64,000 nucleotides of DNA from a virus (Duplodnaviria; Caudoviricetes). How positions within the stretch are numbered: position 1 is the first letter of the stretch; every line of letters begins with the position of its first letter. The notes under the pieces are model-generated. The model saw only the letters and a list, made by a program, of their open reading frames with translations. It made no database searches and was not told where the DNA came from. The stretch is from positions 1,637-65,636 of IMG/VR virus record IMGVR_UViG_3300032893_000040, one strand, 5' to 3'. Of this stretch, positions 1 to 9,008 are shown piece after piece. The translations under genes were made by a program, and so were the position numbers.

Positions 1-343
1 CTCTTCGATTCGCTTTTGGTTGAGCGGGATGGTGCCCATTTCGACTTTTTCATCGTTTACCGTGAATTTAAGCGATTTACCTGCCACGCGTTCTACGGAG
101 AACTTCACACCGTCTTTTGAACCGTGAACTATCACGAGAGCAGGGTGCTTGGACCCGCGACGCGTCACCGTCTTTTCCTCACGGGCAGTCACCCCGGTGA
201 TTCCCCACAGCAGGGCCTCGTAGATGGAACTCTTCCCGGCCCGGTTCTTCCCGATGACAGGCGTGAGTCCCGTCTTTGAATCTGAGGACGAGCTGATGGT
301 ACTGCATGAAGCTTTCGGCTACGATTCCCTCAATATGTATCAC
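1..343 (-). CDS. SbcC/Rad50(gp46)-like ATPase, 5' part only, with an apparent +1 frameshift at 269-271
   Basis: GTG start at 343 with a GGAGG RBS reads MIHIEGIVAESFMQYHQLVLRFKD. The Walker A segment GLTPVIGKNRAGKSSIYEALLWGITG lies in the next frame and stays open to the window edge. Downstream of an SbcD-like gene. Confidence 0.8.
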
Positions 344-474
344 CGGAGCCCTCCGTAAAAATTATCATCGTCTCCCTCATCTTCGAAGCCGCCGATAAAC
401 GCAAGGAACGCGATCACAGCCACCGCGATCAGAGCTATTCCGGTAGCTATCCCTATCGCAAGCCATGGATTCAT
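340..474 (-). CDS. small single-TM protein (44 aa)
   Basis: MNPWLAIGIATGIALIAVAVIAFLAFIGG plus acidic tail; ATGA and GTGA overlaps with both neighbours. Confidence 0.65.
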   Translation of the reverse strand: MNPWLAIGIATGIALIAVAVIAFLAFIGGFEDEGDDDNFYGGLR

Positions 475-1442
475 TTGTCCTCCAGGAATTTTATGCCTAC
501 ATCCACCATCTTTTTGATATCCTTATCCTTGATACCCTCCCGCCGTGCGTACTCCTCCAGAAGCTCACGATCGGTTGCCGCCTTTATCTTGCGGCCTTCC
601 TTCAGCTTCGGCTTAACGACTACCCGAACATTAGACCCCACAGATTCATCGGGCGGAGCATCGGTGACGAGACGATAAAAATTCCCATCATTCGATATCT
701 GAGACGGATCGTCCACGGTTATGAATTCTGGGTGTTCGATTCTGTAGGTAGCAGGAAGGCCTGCTCCTGTGTCAATGAGCACGCGGTGATGCTTCTTATC
801 GCCGAAGTTCATCGGATAGGGGGCACCCACGATGTAGATGTTCTTACCGATGACCTGGGGTTCATGTATGTGGCCGCAGTACACGCGCTTGAAGTTCTTG
901 AGGAGCTTCGGGTCCACTCCCTTGAGAATCGGGCGGTTGTAGGACGCACCGAAGACTGATTGGTGCATATAGAGCACGAAGTCTTTTGCCTTACTCGGAG
1001 CGACGTGCGTCTCGAATCCTTCCTTGCAGAACGGAATGAATACCTCCATCTCACCGCTCTTGGACGGGCAGAGGGTGGGTTCAGTGATGACGGTCGTTAT
1101 CCCGGCCACACCCTGAAGCATGTAGGCCGTGTTGAAGACCTCCCCCTCCATGGTGATGTCGTGGTTCCCGGTGAGGATGATGATTTCCTTGAGGCTGGAC
1201 CGGGACGCGGCTCGTTCGATCGCCTCCTTGCACAAATTGAACGCTTCCGGTTCCACCTGCCCACGCTTGTGGAACACGTCCCCGAGGTGGATTATGCGAT
1301 CACAACTTTCCCGAGCCCCGATTTCAAGTGCCTTCCCGAACGCCCGAATTTGAAGTAGTAATCGAGAATTGACCACCTTCTCGTAGTTGGCAAAGTCCTC
1401 GTGATTCCCGAAATGGGTGTCGGAGATGATCAGTGTCTTCAT
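471..1442 (-). CDS. SbcD/Mre11(gp47)-like metallophosphoesterase nuclease
   Basis: Motifs SDTHFG, LGDVFH, GNHD, MHQ, GHIH, GAP; start moved to MKTLIISD. Confidence 0.9.
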   Translation of the reverse strand: MKTLIISDTHFGNHEDFANYEKVVNSRLLLQIRAFGKALEIGARESCDRIIHLGDVFHKRGQVEPEAFNLCKEAIERAASRSSLKEIIILTGNHDITMEGEVFNTAYMLQGVAGITTVITEPTLCPSKSGEMEVFIPFCKEGFETHVAPSKAKDFVLYMHQSVFGASYNRPILKGVDPKLLKNFKRVYCGHIHEPQVIGKNIYIVGAPYPMNFGDKKHHRVLIDTGAGLPATYRIEHPEFITVDDPSQISNDGNFYRLVTDAPPDESVGSNVRVVVKPKLKEGRKIKAATDRELLEEYARREGIKDKDIKKMVDVGIKFLEDK

Positions 1443-1545
1443 TGTGCCCTCAGAAAGTATGCGGCGAGGCCGATCAGAAGCACGGCGTACCAGAAGAGCG
1501 GATTGCACGCGGCGAACTTGACGTGCCAGCGCAGGTCGTTGAGTG

Positions 1546-2376
1546 TCATTTCTTTATCCTTTCATACCACATACGTTGTGCGAGCTTCAACTTCCTCACA
1601 TCCACCTTCGACTCGTCTATTCCTGCCAGCTTCCAATGCTTCTTCTCCACCTTCGGATGACACATGAAGAACTCCGGGTTGAGTATCCCGTTCTTTACAA
1701 ATAGAATCATACGCGGAATGTCGTCTCGGAGACGTAACCTGTCGAACGCATGGAACGAAGCATGGATGTCTGCATTTTCATCCTCTGGGACTTCTTCCAC
1801 AAGAAACTGTCGAACGAAAGTGTTATAACGGTCCACCGCTTTTGACTTATTGGCAAGGACGTTCGGTGGGGGATACGGAGCGTGAAAAATCTTTGAACAC
1901 CATCCGGCTGGCATTGCGAAGAAACAGGAAAGAACGTATGCATGTATGTCAAGATTGAATTCCTCACAAAATAGAGCGATCTTCTCGAAGCTCGAACGGC
2001 TGTTGAGGAATGAATAGGCCAGTTCCTTGGGGCTGGATAGACGCTCGTTGACATACTTGACGTAAATTGCACGGACCATCTCGGCACGCGCACTCGCGCT
2101 GGATGGCGCACCCACCACCATATACTTACTTGGTAGCTGTGCGCCATCCGGTCCATATTGTGCTTCAATCTTAACATAGCCCTTCTCCACAAGGTCCACG
2201 ATTTGCGCTCTCGCGCTTGCCTGGGAAAGCCCCGTTTCCTCTGCTATCTGCTTCAATGAAAGCTGTATCCATTTTCCACCGCCTCTGATACGAATGAGAT
2301 CATAACAGTCCATGCGCGGCATCCTCCCATAGGAGAAACGCCGGGACCCCAAACTCGCTTTCACGGCGTGAGCCAT
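1546..2376 (-). CDS. HTH DNA-binding protein (replication-initiator-like N-terminus)
   Basis: LSLKQIAEETGLSQASARAQIVDLVEKGYV winged-HTH pattern; start uncertain. Confidence 0.6.
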   Translation of the reverse strand: MAHAVKASLGSRRFSYGRMPRMDCYDLIRIRGGGKWIQLSLKQIAEETGLSQASARAQIVDLVEKGYVKIEAQYGPDGAQLPSKYMVVGAPSSASARAEMVRAIYVKYVNERLSSPKELAYSFLNSRSSFEKIALFCEEFNLDIHAYVLSCFFAMPAGWCSKIFHAPYPPPNVLANKSKAVDRYNTFVRQFLVEEVPEDENADIHASFHAFDRLRLRDDIPRMILFVKNGILNPEFFMCHPKVEKKHWKLAGIDESKVDVRKLKLAQRMWYERIKK

Positions 2377-2400
2377 TCCAGGTACACGTCAAGGGATACC

Positions 2401-2430
2401 TGAAAGCGAATCAAGGGTCCGTACGTTTTT
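2401..2430 (+). promoter_or_regulatory. bipartite motif TGAAAGCGAAT-N8-CGTACGTTTTT, copy 1 (candidate phage-sigma promoter)
   Basis: 22 conserved bases with identical spacing to 5051-5080; intergenic, upstream of the polymerase operon. Confidence 0.6.
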
Positions 2431-2633
2431 CCAGTGGGGGACGGCGGTCATGGCACCGATAACGGGCGAGGTGTTGTATGATGGTGCTACGAACGAAGCA
2501 CATGCCGACAGGCTTCAGGGACCATTCCTTGCCGACCTGCCTCCTCCGCTATAAAAGACACGCGCACACGCGTACGAACTCTACGGACGATGGGAGTTGG
2601 TAGATGACAGCTAGCAGTCATAAGGGAGTCCCT

Positions 2634-2834
2634 ATGGAAGAGAAAAACAAGTTTTTCTCTTCTGGTGGCCAAGAGCAGGCCACCCCTTTGATTGCTTGCC
2701 AGAAATGCCAGCACTTCCGCGCTCACCACACCCATTTCACTGAAGGGATTTGCTTCCGGACGGGCAGGTACGTGTGGACTACCTGCCTCCCCAGCCCGGA
2801 TTGGTGCCCACTCAAGTTTACAGGAGACCATTAA
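2634..2834 (+). CDS. small Cys-rich protein
   Basis: CQKCQH...C...C...PDWCPL; TAATG coupling to the polymerase. Confidence 0.6.
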   Translation: MEEKNKFFSSGGQEQATPLIACQKCQHFRAHHTHFTEGICFRTGRYVWTTCLPSPDWCPLKFTGDH

Positions 2835-5053
2835 TGCCACACAAGTTCACCAAGCGTCGTGAGGTGCTCGTCCCGGAGACGACCTTCAACGACAAGCTGA
2901 AGGAGATATTCAATGCGTGCGGTCTATGGATACTTGAATGCCAGTTGCCTATTAACGGCGGCCACGGAAGGGGTATTACGGTATGCCTCTTCGACGAGAT
3001 GGAACTCAACGCCGCAGGGAAGAAGGGACACAAAGGGTGGGTTGGCAAGAGCTTTGAAAGTGATGGGATACGCTACGTTGTATTCCCTAACGTTAACGGC
3101 GGGATTTCTGATGTTGGCGGCTTTGAGCGTGCCATTGGTGTTCTTAACTCTGTGGAAACGCCAAAGGGATCCATCCGCATCATCACCACCCCGAAAGAAC
3201 TCGCGGAAGCAATAGAATATCTCAGGACACTGGCGTACGTCGTGTGCGACTTCGAGACAACCACGCTCGACCCCTATCTCCCAGGGGCACGGGTACTCAC
3301 GCTGGCCGCTGGTAACAGGGACCGCGTGTACGTGATGCCGATGTCGCACAAGGACAGCCCATGGCGCGGGAACGTGACTGCCCAACGTGACTTCATCCGC
3401 GCCGTGTATTTTTCCAGACACATGGTGGCCCACAATGCCAAGTTCGAACTCCGGTGGTTCCTGGCCCTCGGGCAGAGTCTGCGCTACATAGACTTCGACC
3501 CGATGGTCGTGCACCACCTTCTGGACGAGAATTCGGCGCATGATCTTGAAACGCTTGCCGCCCAATACACGAATTTCGCCGGATACTCCCATGAGTTTTC
3601 CTCTTCCCTTACTGATAAGCATAATTACGAGTCTGCTCCTTTCGATCTGCTTTGTCGCTACAACGGTATGGATGTGCTGGTTACTGATTACGTTACCGTT
3701 GCGCTTCGTAACGAGCTTGAAAGGGCAGAGAACGACAAAATCCGGCAGTGTTGGCAGGACATCAATCAACCTCTCATCAGTCTCCTTGCAGAAATGGAAC
3801 ACGCGGGTTTTGTACTCGACGAAGACAAGCTCGTGGAACTCACCGCGTGGTACGAAGGCAGGCAGGCATACTACGAAGGGGAGGTCAAGAAATACCGGCA
3901 ACTCCAACAGTTCTTCCGCGATCGACCGAACTTCAATTTTGGAAGCACTGTCCAGTTACAGTCCCTCCTTTATGGGGAGCTGGGCTTTAAGCAGATGAGG
4001 GGCCACATGACGGAGCCATCCACCAAGTTCCCGAAGGGCCAGCCCTCCACCAACAAGGAAGCCATCAAGGCGATGAAGGCGACCGGGAAGCACATTCCCG
4101 TGCTGGATGGACTCGCCATGCGTACCAAATGCAACTCGATGCTCAAGGCGTTCCTATACGTCTTCCAGGGTAAGCTGGATAATTCGACGGACGGGAAGCT
4201 TCACACCAACTTCAACCAGCACATAGTGGAAACCTTCCGGCTCTCGTCGTCCGGTCCGAACATGATGAATCTCCCACGGTCGGAGGACCTCGCCAATCTC
4301 GGGCTGGAATTTCCCAAGCGCGTGTTCGTCTCCCGGTTCGACGGCGGGGAACTCGTTCAGGCGGACCTTTCCCAGATCGAACTCCGGGTGGCCGGGATGT
4401 ATTCCAAGGACCCCGTGTTCGTCAACGCGTTCGCAGAGGGGCGCGATCTCCACGGGGAGATGGCCGAATTCGTGTACGGCAAGGGCTACACGAAGGAACA
4501 ACGCTACAAGGCGAAGCGCACCAATTTCTCCGCCGTCTTCGACATCGGTGCGGCGGCACTCGCCCCCCAGATCGAAGCCACGGTGGACGAGGCCCAGGAA
4601 CTGATCGACTCCTTCAAGGAACTCCACCACGTGCTGTTCGAATGGTTCAATGAACTTTGGGCACAGGCGCAGTTTGATGGTTACGTAGAGAACTTCCTCG
4701 GCCGTCGCCGCCACATCCGTATGGAACTTTCACGGGCCTTCAAACAGCATGAGATTGATGCGGTCCGCCGCTCCACCTGGAACTTTCCAATTCAGTCCTC
4801 TGCCGCCGATATCATGCTGACCGGGATGCTGGCTCTCCGCGAGGCCATGCGTAAGCACCAGATGAAGAGCGTGATTCTGGGGATGGTCCATGATTCAATC
4901 ATCGTGGACGCTTACCCCGGCGAATCGGAACGCATGATGTCCGGCATCAAGTCCATCTTTGAGAACCTGCCGTATGATTGGCTCACCATACCCGTTCGCA
5001 TTGATGTTGCGCATGGTCCTAACCTTCATGAGCTTGAGGAATGGAACCCGTGA
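2834..5053 (+). CDS. polA: family A DNA polymerase with 3'-5' exonuclease (candidate Z-adapted polymerase)
   Basis: ExoI CDFETT, ExoII HNAKFE, ExoIII YNGMD; RLSSSGPN; motif A ADLSQIELRV, motif B KRTNFSAVF, NFPIQS, motif C VHDS; start at MPHKF with GGAG RBS. Confidence 0.95.
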   Translation: MPHKFTKRREVLVPETTFNDKLKEIFNACGLWILECQLPINGGHGRGITVCLFDEMELNAAGKKGHKGWVGKSFESDGIRYVVFPNVNGGISDVGGFERAIGVLNSVETPKGSIRIITTPKELAEAIEYLRTLAYVVCDFETTTLDPYLPGARVLTLAAGNRDRVYVMPMSHKDSPWRGNVTAQRDFIRAVYFSRHMVAHNAKFELRWFLALGQSLRYIDFDPMVVHHLLDENSAHDLETLAAQYTNFAGYSHEFSSSLTDKHNYESAPFDLLCRYNGMDVLVTDYVTVALRNELERAENDKIRQCWQDINQPLISLLAEMEHAGFVLDEDKLVELTAWYEGRQAYYEGEVKKYRQLQQFFRDRPNFNFGSTVQLQSLLYGELGFKQMRGHMTEPSTKFPKGQPSTNKEAIKAMKATGKHIPVLDGLAMRTKCNSMLKAFLYVFQGKLDNSTDGKLHTNFNQHIVETFRLSSSGPNMMNLPRSEDLANLGLEFPKRVFVSRFDGGELVQADLSQIELRVAGMYSKDPVFVNAFAEGRDLHGEMAEFVYGKGYTKEQRYKAKRTNFSAVFDIGAAALAPQIEATVDEAQELIDSFKELHHVLFEWFNELWAQAQFDGYVENFLGRRRHIRMELSRAFKQHEIDAVRRSTWNFPIQSSAADIMLTGMLALREAMRKHQMKSVILGMVHDSIIVDAYPGESERMMSGIKSIFENLPYDWLTIPVRIDVAHGPNLHELEEWNP

Positions 5054-5080
5054 AAGCGAATTTGGGTCGCGTACGTTTTT
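5051..5080 (+). promoter_or_regulatory. bipartite motif TGAAAGCGAAT-N8-CGTACGTTTTT, copy 2
   Basis: Matches 2401-2430; sits just before the AGGAGG RBS of 5097. Confidence 0.6.
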
Positions 5081-5096
5081 TCTATAGGAGGATACG

Positions 5097-5414
5097 ATGA
5101 CAGAAGAACCACAGAAAGCGCAGGACCCACGGCCACAGTTTGGCCAGGTAGCCCATCTCAAGTGCAACCTTTGCGGGGAGCGGTCCACCGCTCTGGACCC
5201 GCTACAGGCCAACGCATGGATTAAAGCCCACCTCGAAGCCATGCACCCCGGCAAGGCGGCGGAACTTGCGGCCATCGACCGCAAGGTAGGCCAGCTCAAC
5301 GCGTCCCGCGACCGCCTCATTCAGAAATTCAGCCAGAAACTGAACAGCCTTTTCACATCCGAGATGGGGCGGATTGTTACACCTCCCCCATCACACATAA
5401 TCAAACCTTCATAA
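5097..5414 (+). CDS. hypothetical protein with C2H2-like Zn site
   Basis: CNLC...HLEAMH; strong RBS. Confidence 0.7.
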   Translation: MTEEPQKAQDPRPQFGQVAHLKCNLCGERSTALDPLQANAWIKAHLEAMHPGKAAELAAIDRKVGQLNASRDRLIQKFSQKLNSLFTSEMGRIVTPPPSHIIKPS

Positions 5415-5436
5415 ACCATTCAAGGAGGACCGTCCG

Positions 5437-5733
5437 ATGGCGAAAGACACAGCCAAAAAGACAGTCGAGAAGCCTGCCAAGAAAGCCCCGGCCATTGCCC
5501 CCGAGGTGATCACGGCACTCAAGGCGGAACTGCGCGAGAAGCTGAACGCGCTGGAACCCGCCGCGCTGGACCGCGTTGCGAAAGCCTTCAACGTGGACAT
5601 CCGGAAGTACGCGAAGCTGACTCCGGCCCTCAAGAAGATGAGCACGGTCAATGCGTGCCTCGGGAGTGCGGCGCGTGGCGTGCGCGAAGATGGTATGTCA
5701 AAGACGGCCGTGTTCGCACTGGTGAAGGGTTAG
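5437..5733 (+). CDS. hypothetical basic protein
   Basis: AAGGAGG RBS; Lys/Ala-rich. Confidence 0.7.
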   Translation: MAKDTAKKTVEKPAKKAPAIAPEVITALKAELREKLNALEPAALDRVAKAFNVDIRKYAKLTPALKKMSTVNACLGSAARGVREDGMSKTAVFALVKG

Positions 5734-5743
5734 GCGAGACGCC

Positions 5744-6238
5744 ATGCCTAACAGGAATAATGAGCGCGGCAAGACCGCAGAGCGTCGAATCGCCAAGACT
5801 CTGACGCGCATTATAGGCTGGAACTTTGCAAGGACCCCCGGTTCAGGGTCGGGACACCTGTGGAAGTTCTTCCAGGGAGAGCGCGTGAGAGGCGATATCG
5901 TCTGCGTGACCAAGGATGTGAATTTTCCTTTCATGATCGAATCGAAAAAGTCCAAGGATTTCCAGTGGGATTTGTTGCTGACGGGCCATCCCCCGGCTGA
6001 CTTCGACAAGTGGTGGGAGAAAGCCAAGAAGGACGCGTCAGCGGACGGGAAGTTTGCCGCGCTTGTTATTTCTCGCAATCAGGGTCCGATGGTGACGGTG
6101 GTGAGCGGTGCCGCATGGATGGCTTTCGGTATGAGTACGGCGTACACAGCCGTAAGATTGATGTACCGGAACAAGATTTTGATTCTCTGTACGCTCGAAG
6201 ATTTCGCCGAAGCATTCAAAACCAGGAGGAACAAATGA
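5744..6238 (+). CDS. Holliday junction resolvase-like PD-(D/E)xK nuclease
   Basis: GKTAERRIAK, RTPGSG, GDI, IESKK motifs. Confidence 0.8.
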   Translation: MPNRNNERGKTAERRIAKTLTRIIGWNFARTPGSGSGHLWKFFQGERVRGDIVCVTKDVNFPFMIESKKSKDFQWDLLLTGHPPADFDKWWEKAKKDASADGKFAALVISRNQGPMVTVVSGAAWMAFGMSTAYTAVRLMYRNKILILCTLEDFAEAFKTRRNK

Positions 6239-6687
6239 AGCTCATACTCACCAGCATCAGCCAGAAGGACCTCGAGTCCATCAACATCGAACTCAAGGAC
6301 AAGAAGATTTCGTTCGACCCCAGGAAGCACCTGCAGTTCAACGCGGATTTCGGTCAGTGTAACGAATTTTTGGCTGAGCACGCCACGCTGATCGCCCTCG
6401 CCAAGACCGCTGAAGCGGATGTGCGGCTCGCGGAAGCGGAACTTGCCGGAGTGAAGGCCAGGGTGGATGGCAATGTGCGGTCCGGGTGGGATGCGGACCG
6501 GGACGGCAAGATGACAGAGGCGGGGGTGGCCGGACGGGTTAGGACCGACAAGAACGTGATGATTGCGGAGTCCCATGCACAGGATTCACAGACGGGGGCG
6601 GCCATACTCTCGGGCCTCCTCGCCGCATCGAGTGTAAAGTACGCTCAGGTTGTAGCGTACCTCTACACATCAACCAAACAACCATAA
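6235..6687 (+). CDS. UvsY-like recombination mediator (tentative)
   Basis: Helical protein with KMTEAGV..RVRTD; directly upstream of SSB; AGGAGG RBS and ATGA overlap. Confidence 0.5.
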   Translation: MKLILTSISQKDLESINIELKDKKISFDPRKHLQFNADFGQCNEFLAEHATLIALAKTAEADVRLAEAELAGVKARVDGNVRSGWDADRDGKMTEAGVAGRVRTDKNVMIAESHAQDSQTGAAILSGLLAASSVKYAQVVAYLYTSTKQP

Positions 6688-6711
6688 CAACACCAATAAG
6701 GAGATACGCGT

Positions 6712-7584
6712 ATGCCGAAGGCACCAGGCCTCGATATGGCCCGCTTGATAGCGGGTTACAATGAGGCAAAAGCCAAACAGGCAACGGCGGCTGGATTCAT
6801 CCGGCTTCAGGACGGTGAGAACAGGCTTCGTCTCACCACGTTCACGAATGGGGAAACCGGGAAGGGGGAATTGTACGTTCAGTACACCTCCCATTTTCTG
6901 GTGGACACGTCCGTTGCCTGCCTCAAGATGTTCGGGGAGCCGAATTGCCCCGTCTGCGACTACATCGCAGAGCTGAAGAAGCGTGATCTGAGTGCCGTCG
7001 CCAAAAAGATGGCACCCAAACAGCGGTTCTATTTCAACGTCCTCGTCAAGGGCGAGATGAAAGTCCTTGAAGTCGGGCGGCAGATATGGGACCAGATCAT
7101 GGCTTTCTTCGCTGACCCGGAGTACGGCAACATCGCCGACACCGAGTCCGGGTGCGACATCAAGATCACGCGGTCCGGTTCGGGCCTGACCACCGAATAC
7201 TCGGTGCTCTGTGCCCGGAACGCGTCCAAAGTGGTCCTCCCCGAGGAGCCGAAGGACCTCAACAAGCTCGTGGTGCGTCTCTCGCCCGAGGCCATGGAAG
7301 AGGTGCTCTACTCCAAGTACGAACGGCTGGATGATGCGGTTCCGTTCTCGGTCAATGACGCGGAAGAGGCGCACGCGAGGGGTGCTTCCGCCGCTCATGC
7401 ATCCGACGCATCAGAAGGGGACGATTTCGCCCCTCCCCCGGCGCAGACCGGACCCCAGCCCGAGAAGAAGCCGATGACCAAGGCGGAGCAGGCAAGCTGG
7501 GCGGATGACACGTTCGGCAAGGGCAAGAAGCCGACACCTGCCAAACCCGCCAAGCCGACACCCGCGAAGCCGGGAAAGCGGTAA
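6712..7584 (+). CDS. gp32-like single-stranded DNA-binding protein
   Basis: LQDGENRLRL; Zn ligands H..C..CPVC; GCDIKITRSGSGLTTEY; acidic/Pro/Lys tail. Confidence 0.8.
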   Translation: MPKAPGLDMARLIAGYNEAKAKQATAAGFIRLQDGENRLRLTTFTNGETGKGELYVQYTSHFLVDTSVACLKMFGEPNCPVCDYIAELKKRDLSAVAKKMAPKQRFYFNVLVKGEMKVLEVGRQIWDQIMAFFADPEYGNIADTESGCDIKITRSGSGLTTEYSVLCARNASKVVLPEEPKDLNKLVVRLSPEAMEEVLYSKYERLDDAVPFSVNDAEEAHARGASAAHASDASEGDDFAPPPAQTGPQPEKKPMTKAEQASWADDTFGKGKKPTPAKPAKPTPAKPGKR

Positions 7585-7592
7585 GCGACAAC

Positions 7593-7653
7593 GGTTGGTT
7601 CCCCCGCACATGAGCGGAGGTTTCAGGCTCGATGCCTGACGGGGGGCAATCCA
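7593..7653 (+). other. structured intergenic RNA element resembling an acceptor stem plus T-arm
   Basis: TCCCCCG/CGGGGGG 7-bp stem stacked on TCAGG-CTCGATG-CCTGA; no D or anticodon arm. Confidence 0.4.
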
Positions 7654-7671
7654 CAATCACAGGAGGAAGGT

Positions 7672-7875
7672 ATGGAACACTACACATTTCGAGCGAGTCT
7701 CCGGTTGTCCCGGAACTACAACTCGATCGAGGTCTCCGCGGAGTATGGTCGGGACCTGAAGCCGAAGGAGACTACGGAGCGGATGATCGAAGACGTAACG
7801 AAGACCGTGTGGGAGAAGCTGGAACGCGAGGCCGCACGCGCTGATGAAGTCCTCAATTCCACCAAGAAAGGATGA
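7672..7875 (+). CDS. hypothetical protein
   Basis: AGGAGG RBS; ATGA overlap with purZ. Confidence 0.75.
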   Translation: MEHYTFRASLRLSRNYNSIEVSAEYGRDLKPKETTERMIEDVTKTVWEKLEREAARADEVLNSTKKG

Positions 7876-9008
7876 CCATGCAACCAGGCAAGATCAATAT
7901 GGTGATGGGCGGTCAGTGGGGGAGCGAAGCCAAGGGAAAGCTTGCCGGATATCTCGCCCTCCGGAAGAGTCCTTACGCGTCCGTCTGCAACTTCTTGACC
8001 AACGCCGGCCACTGGTTCAGGTCGAAATCGATGGGTGACTTCCTCGTTCAACAGCTTCCGATGGCGGCGGTCAATCCGCACGTGAAGCTCTTGATTTCGG
8101 CTGGGTCCGGCATCACGATCAAGACCCTGGAGAAGGAGATCGAACAGTTCGAGTCGAGAGGCATCCGCATTACCAATCGGCTCACGATCGACCCGCACGC
8201 ATTCATTATCGAGGAGAAGCACAAGCAGGAGGAAGCGGGGGGCGGACTCGGGCGAATCTCCAGCACGCTCAAGGGATGCGGGGCGGCACTCGCGGCCAAG
8301 GTGGCACGCAAGGAGGATGTCGTCTTGGTGAAAGACGTTCCCGCCATGCACAGGTACGGGACCGTTGCGCGAGTTGCCCCCCTGCTTCACGGCTGGCTCT
8401 CTCTCGGATACACCATCATGGGGGAGCTGGCTCAGGGGTTCGACCTGTCGCTCAATCACGGGCATCTGTACCCGCACGTCACCTCCCGTGACATCACGCC
8501 GTCCTCCTTCCTGGCGGACATCGGAGTACCCCCCCGGTACGCAGGGACCGTGTACGCGGCTCTCCGGACGTTCCCGATTCGCGTGGGACACGTGTACGAC
8601 GACAAGGGCAACATCGTGGGTCACTCCGGCCCCCATTACAGCGATCAGACTGAACTCACATGGGACGAGCTTTCCGCTGAGAACGGGCGGCACATACTCG
8701 AGCACACGACTGTGACCGGAAAGGTGCGGCGCGTGTTTTCGTTCTCGATGCTTCAACTCATGAAGTTCAGTGAGTACTGTTCCCCGAACGTGATCTGTCT
8801 GCAGTTCTGCAACTATTTCCGGAACGTGTATCCGGGCATCGGGTACGCGGACCTCATGAAAACGGAGTGCGGCACGCTCATTCGCAACATCGAACGCGCC
8901 ACGAAAATTCCAGTGCTATATCTCGGGACCGGGGCCGACGATCTTGAGATGATCGATCTCACGTCGCAGGAACATCTCGACGCGGCGGCGGCAAGGAGTG
9001 TTGACTGA
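7872..9008 (+). CDS. purZ: PurZ-family N6-succino-2-amino-dAMP synthetase (2-aminoadenine pathway)
   Basis: Adenylosuccinate synthetase fold with GGQWGSEAKG (Ser where PurA has the catalytic Asp), NAGH, STLKGCG, AQGFDL, YPHVTS, RTFPIRV, TTVTGKVRRV, QFCNY. Confidence 0.88.
   Translation: MTMQPGKINMVMGGQWGSEAKGKLAGYLALRKSPYASVCNFLTNAGHWFRSKSMGDFLVQQLPMAAVNPHVKLLISAGSGITIKTLEKEIEQFESRGIRITNRLTIDPHAFIIEEKHKQEEAGGGLGRISSTLKGCGAALAAKVARKEDVVLVKDVPAMHRYGTVARVAPLLHGWLSLGYTIMGELAQGFDLSLNHGHLYPHVTSRDITPSSFLADIGVPPRYAGTVYAALRTFPIRVGHVYDDKGNIVGHSGPHYSDQTELTWDELSAENGRHILEHTTVTGKVRRVFSFSMLQLMKFSEYCSPNVICLQFCNYFRNVYPGIGYADLMKTECGTLIRNIERATKIPVLYLGTGADDLEMIDLTSQEHLDAAAARSVD

Noticed and set aside
7593-7653. 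tRNA gene
   Set aside because: No D or anticodon arm, and CCA is not positioned directly after a discriminator base.
7872-9008. Ordinary purA (auxiliary purine gene)
   Set aside because: The catalytic Asp of GDEGKG is Ser, TKxD is replaced by QFCN, and RTFPIRV is present; these fit PurZ.
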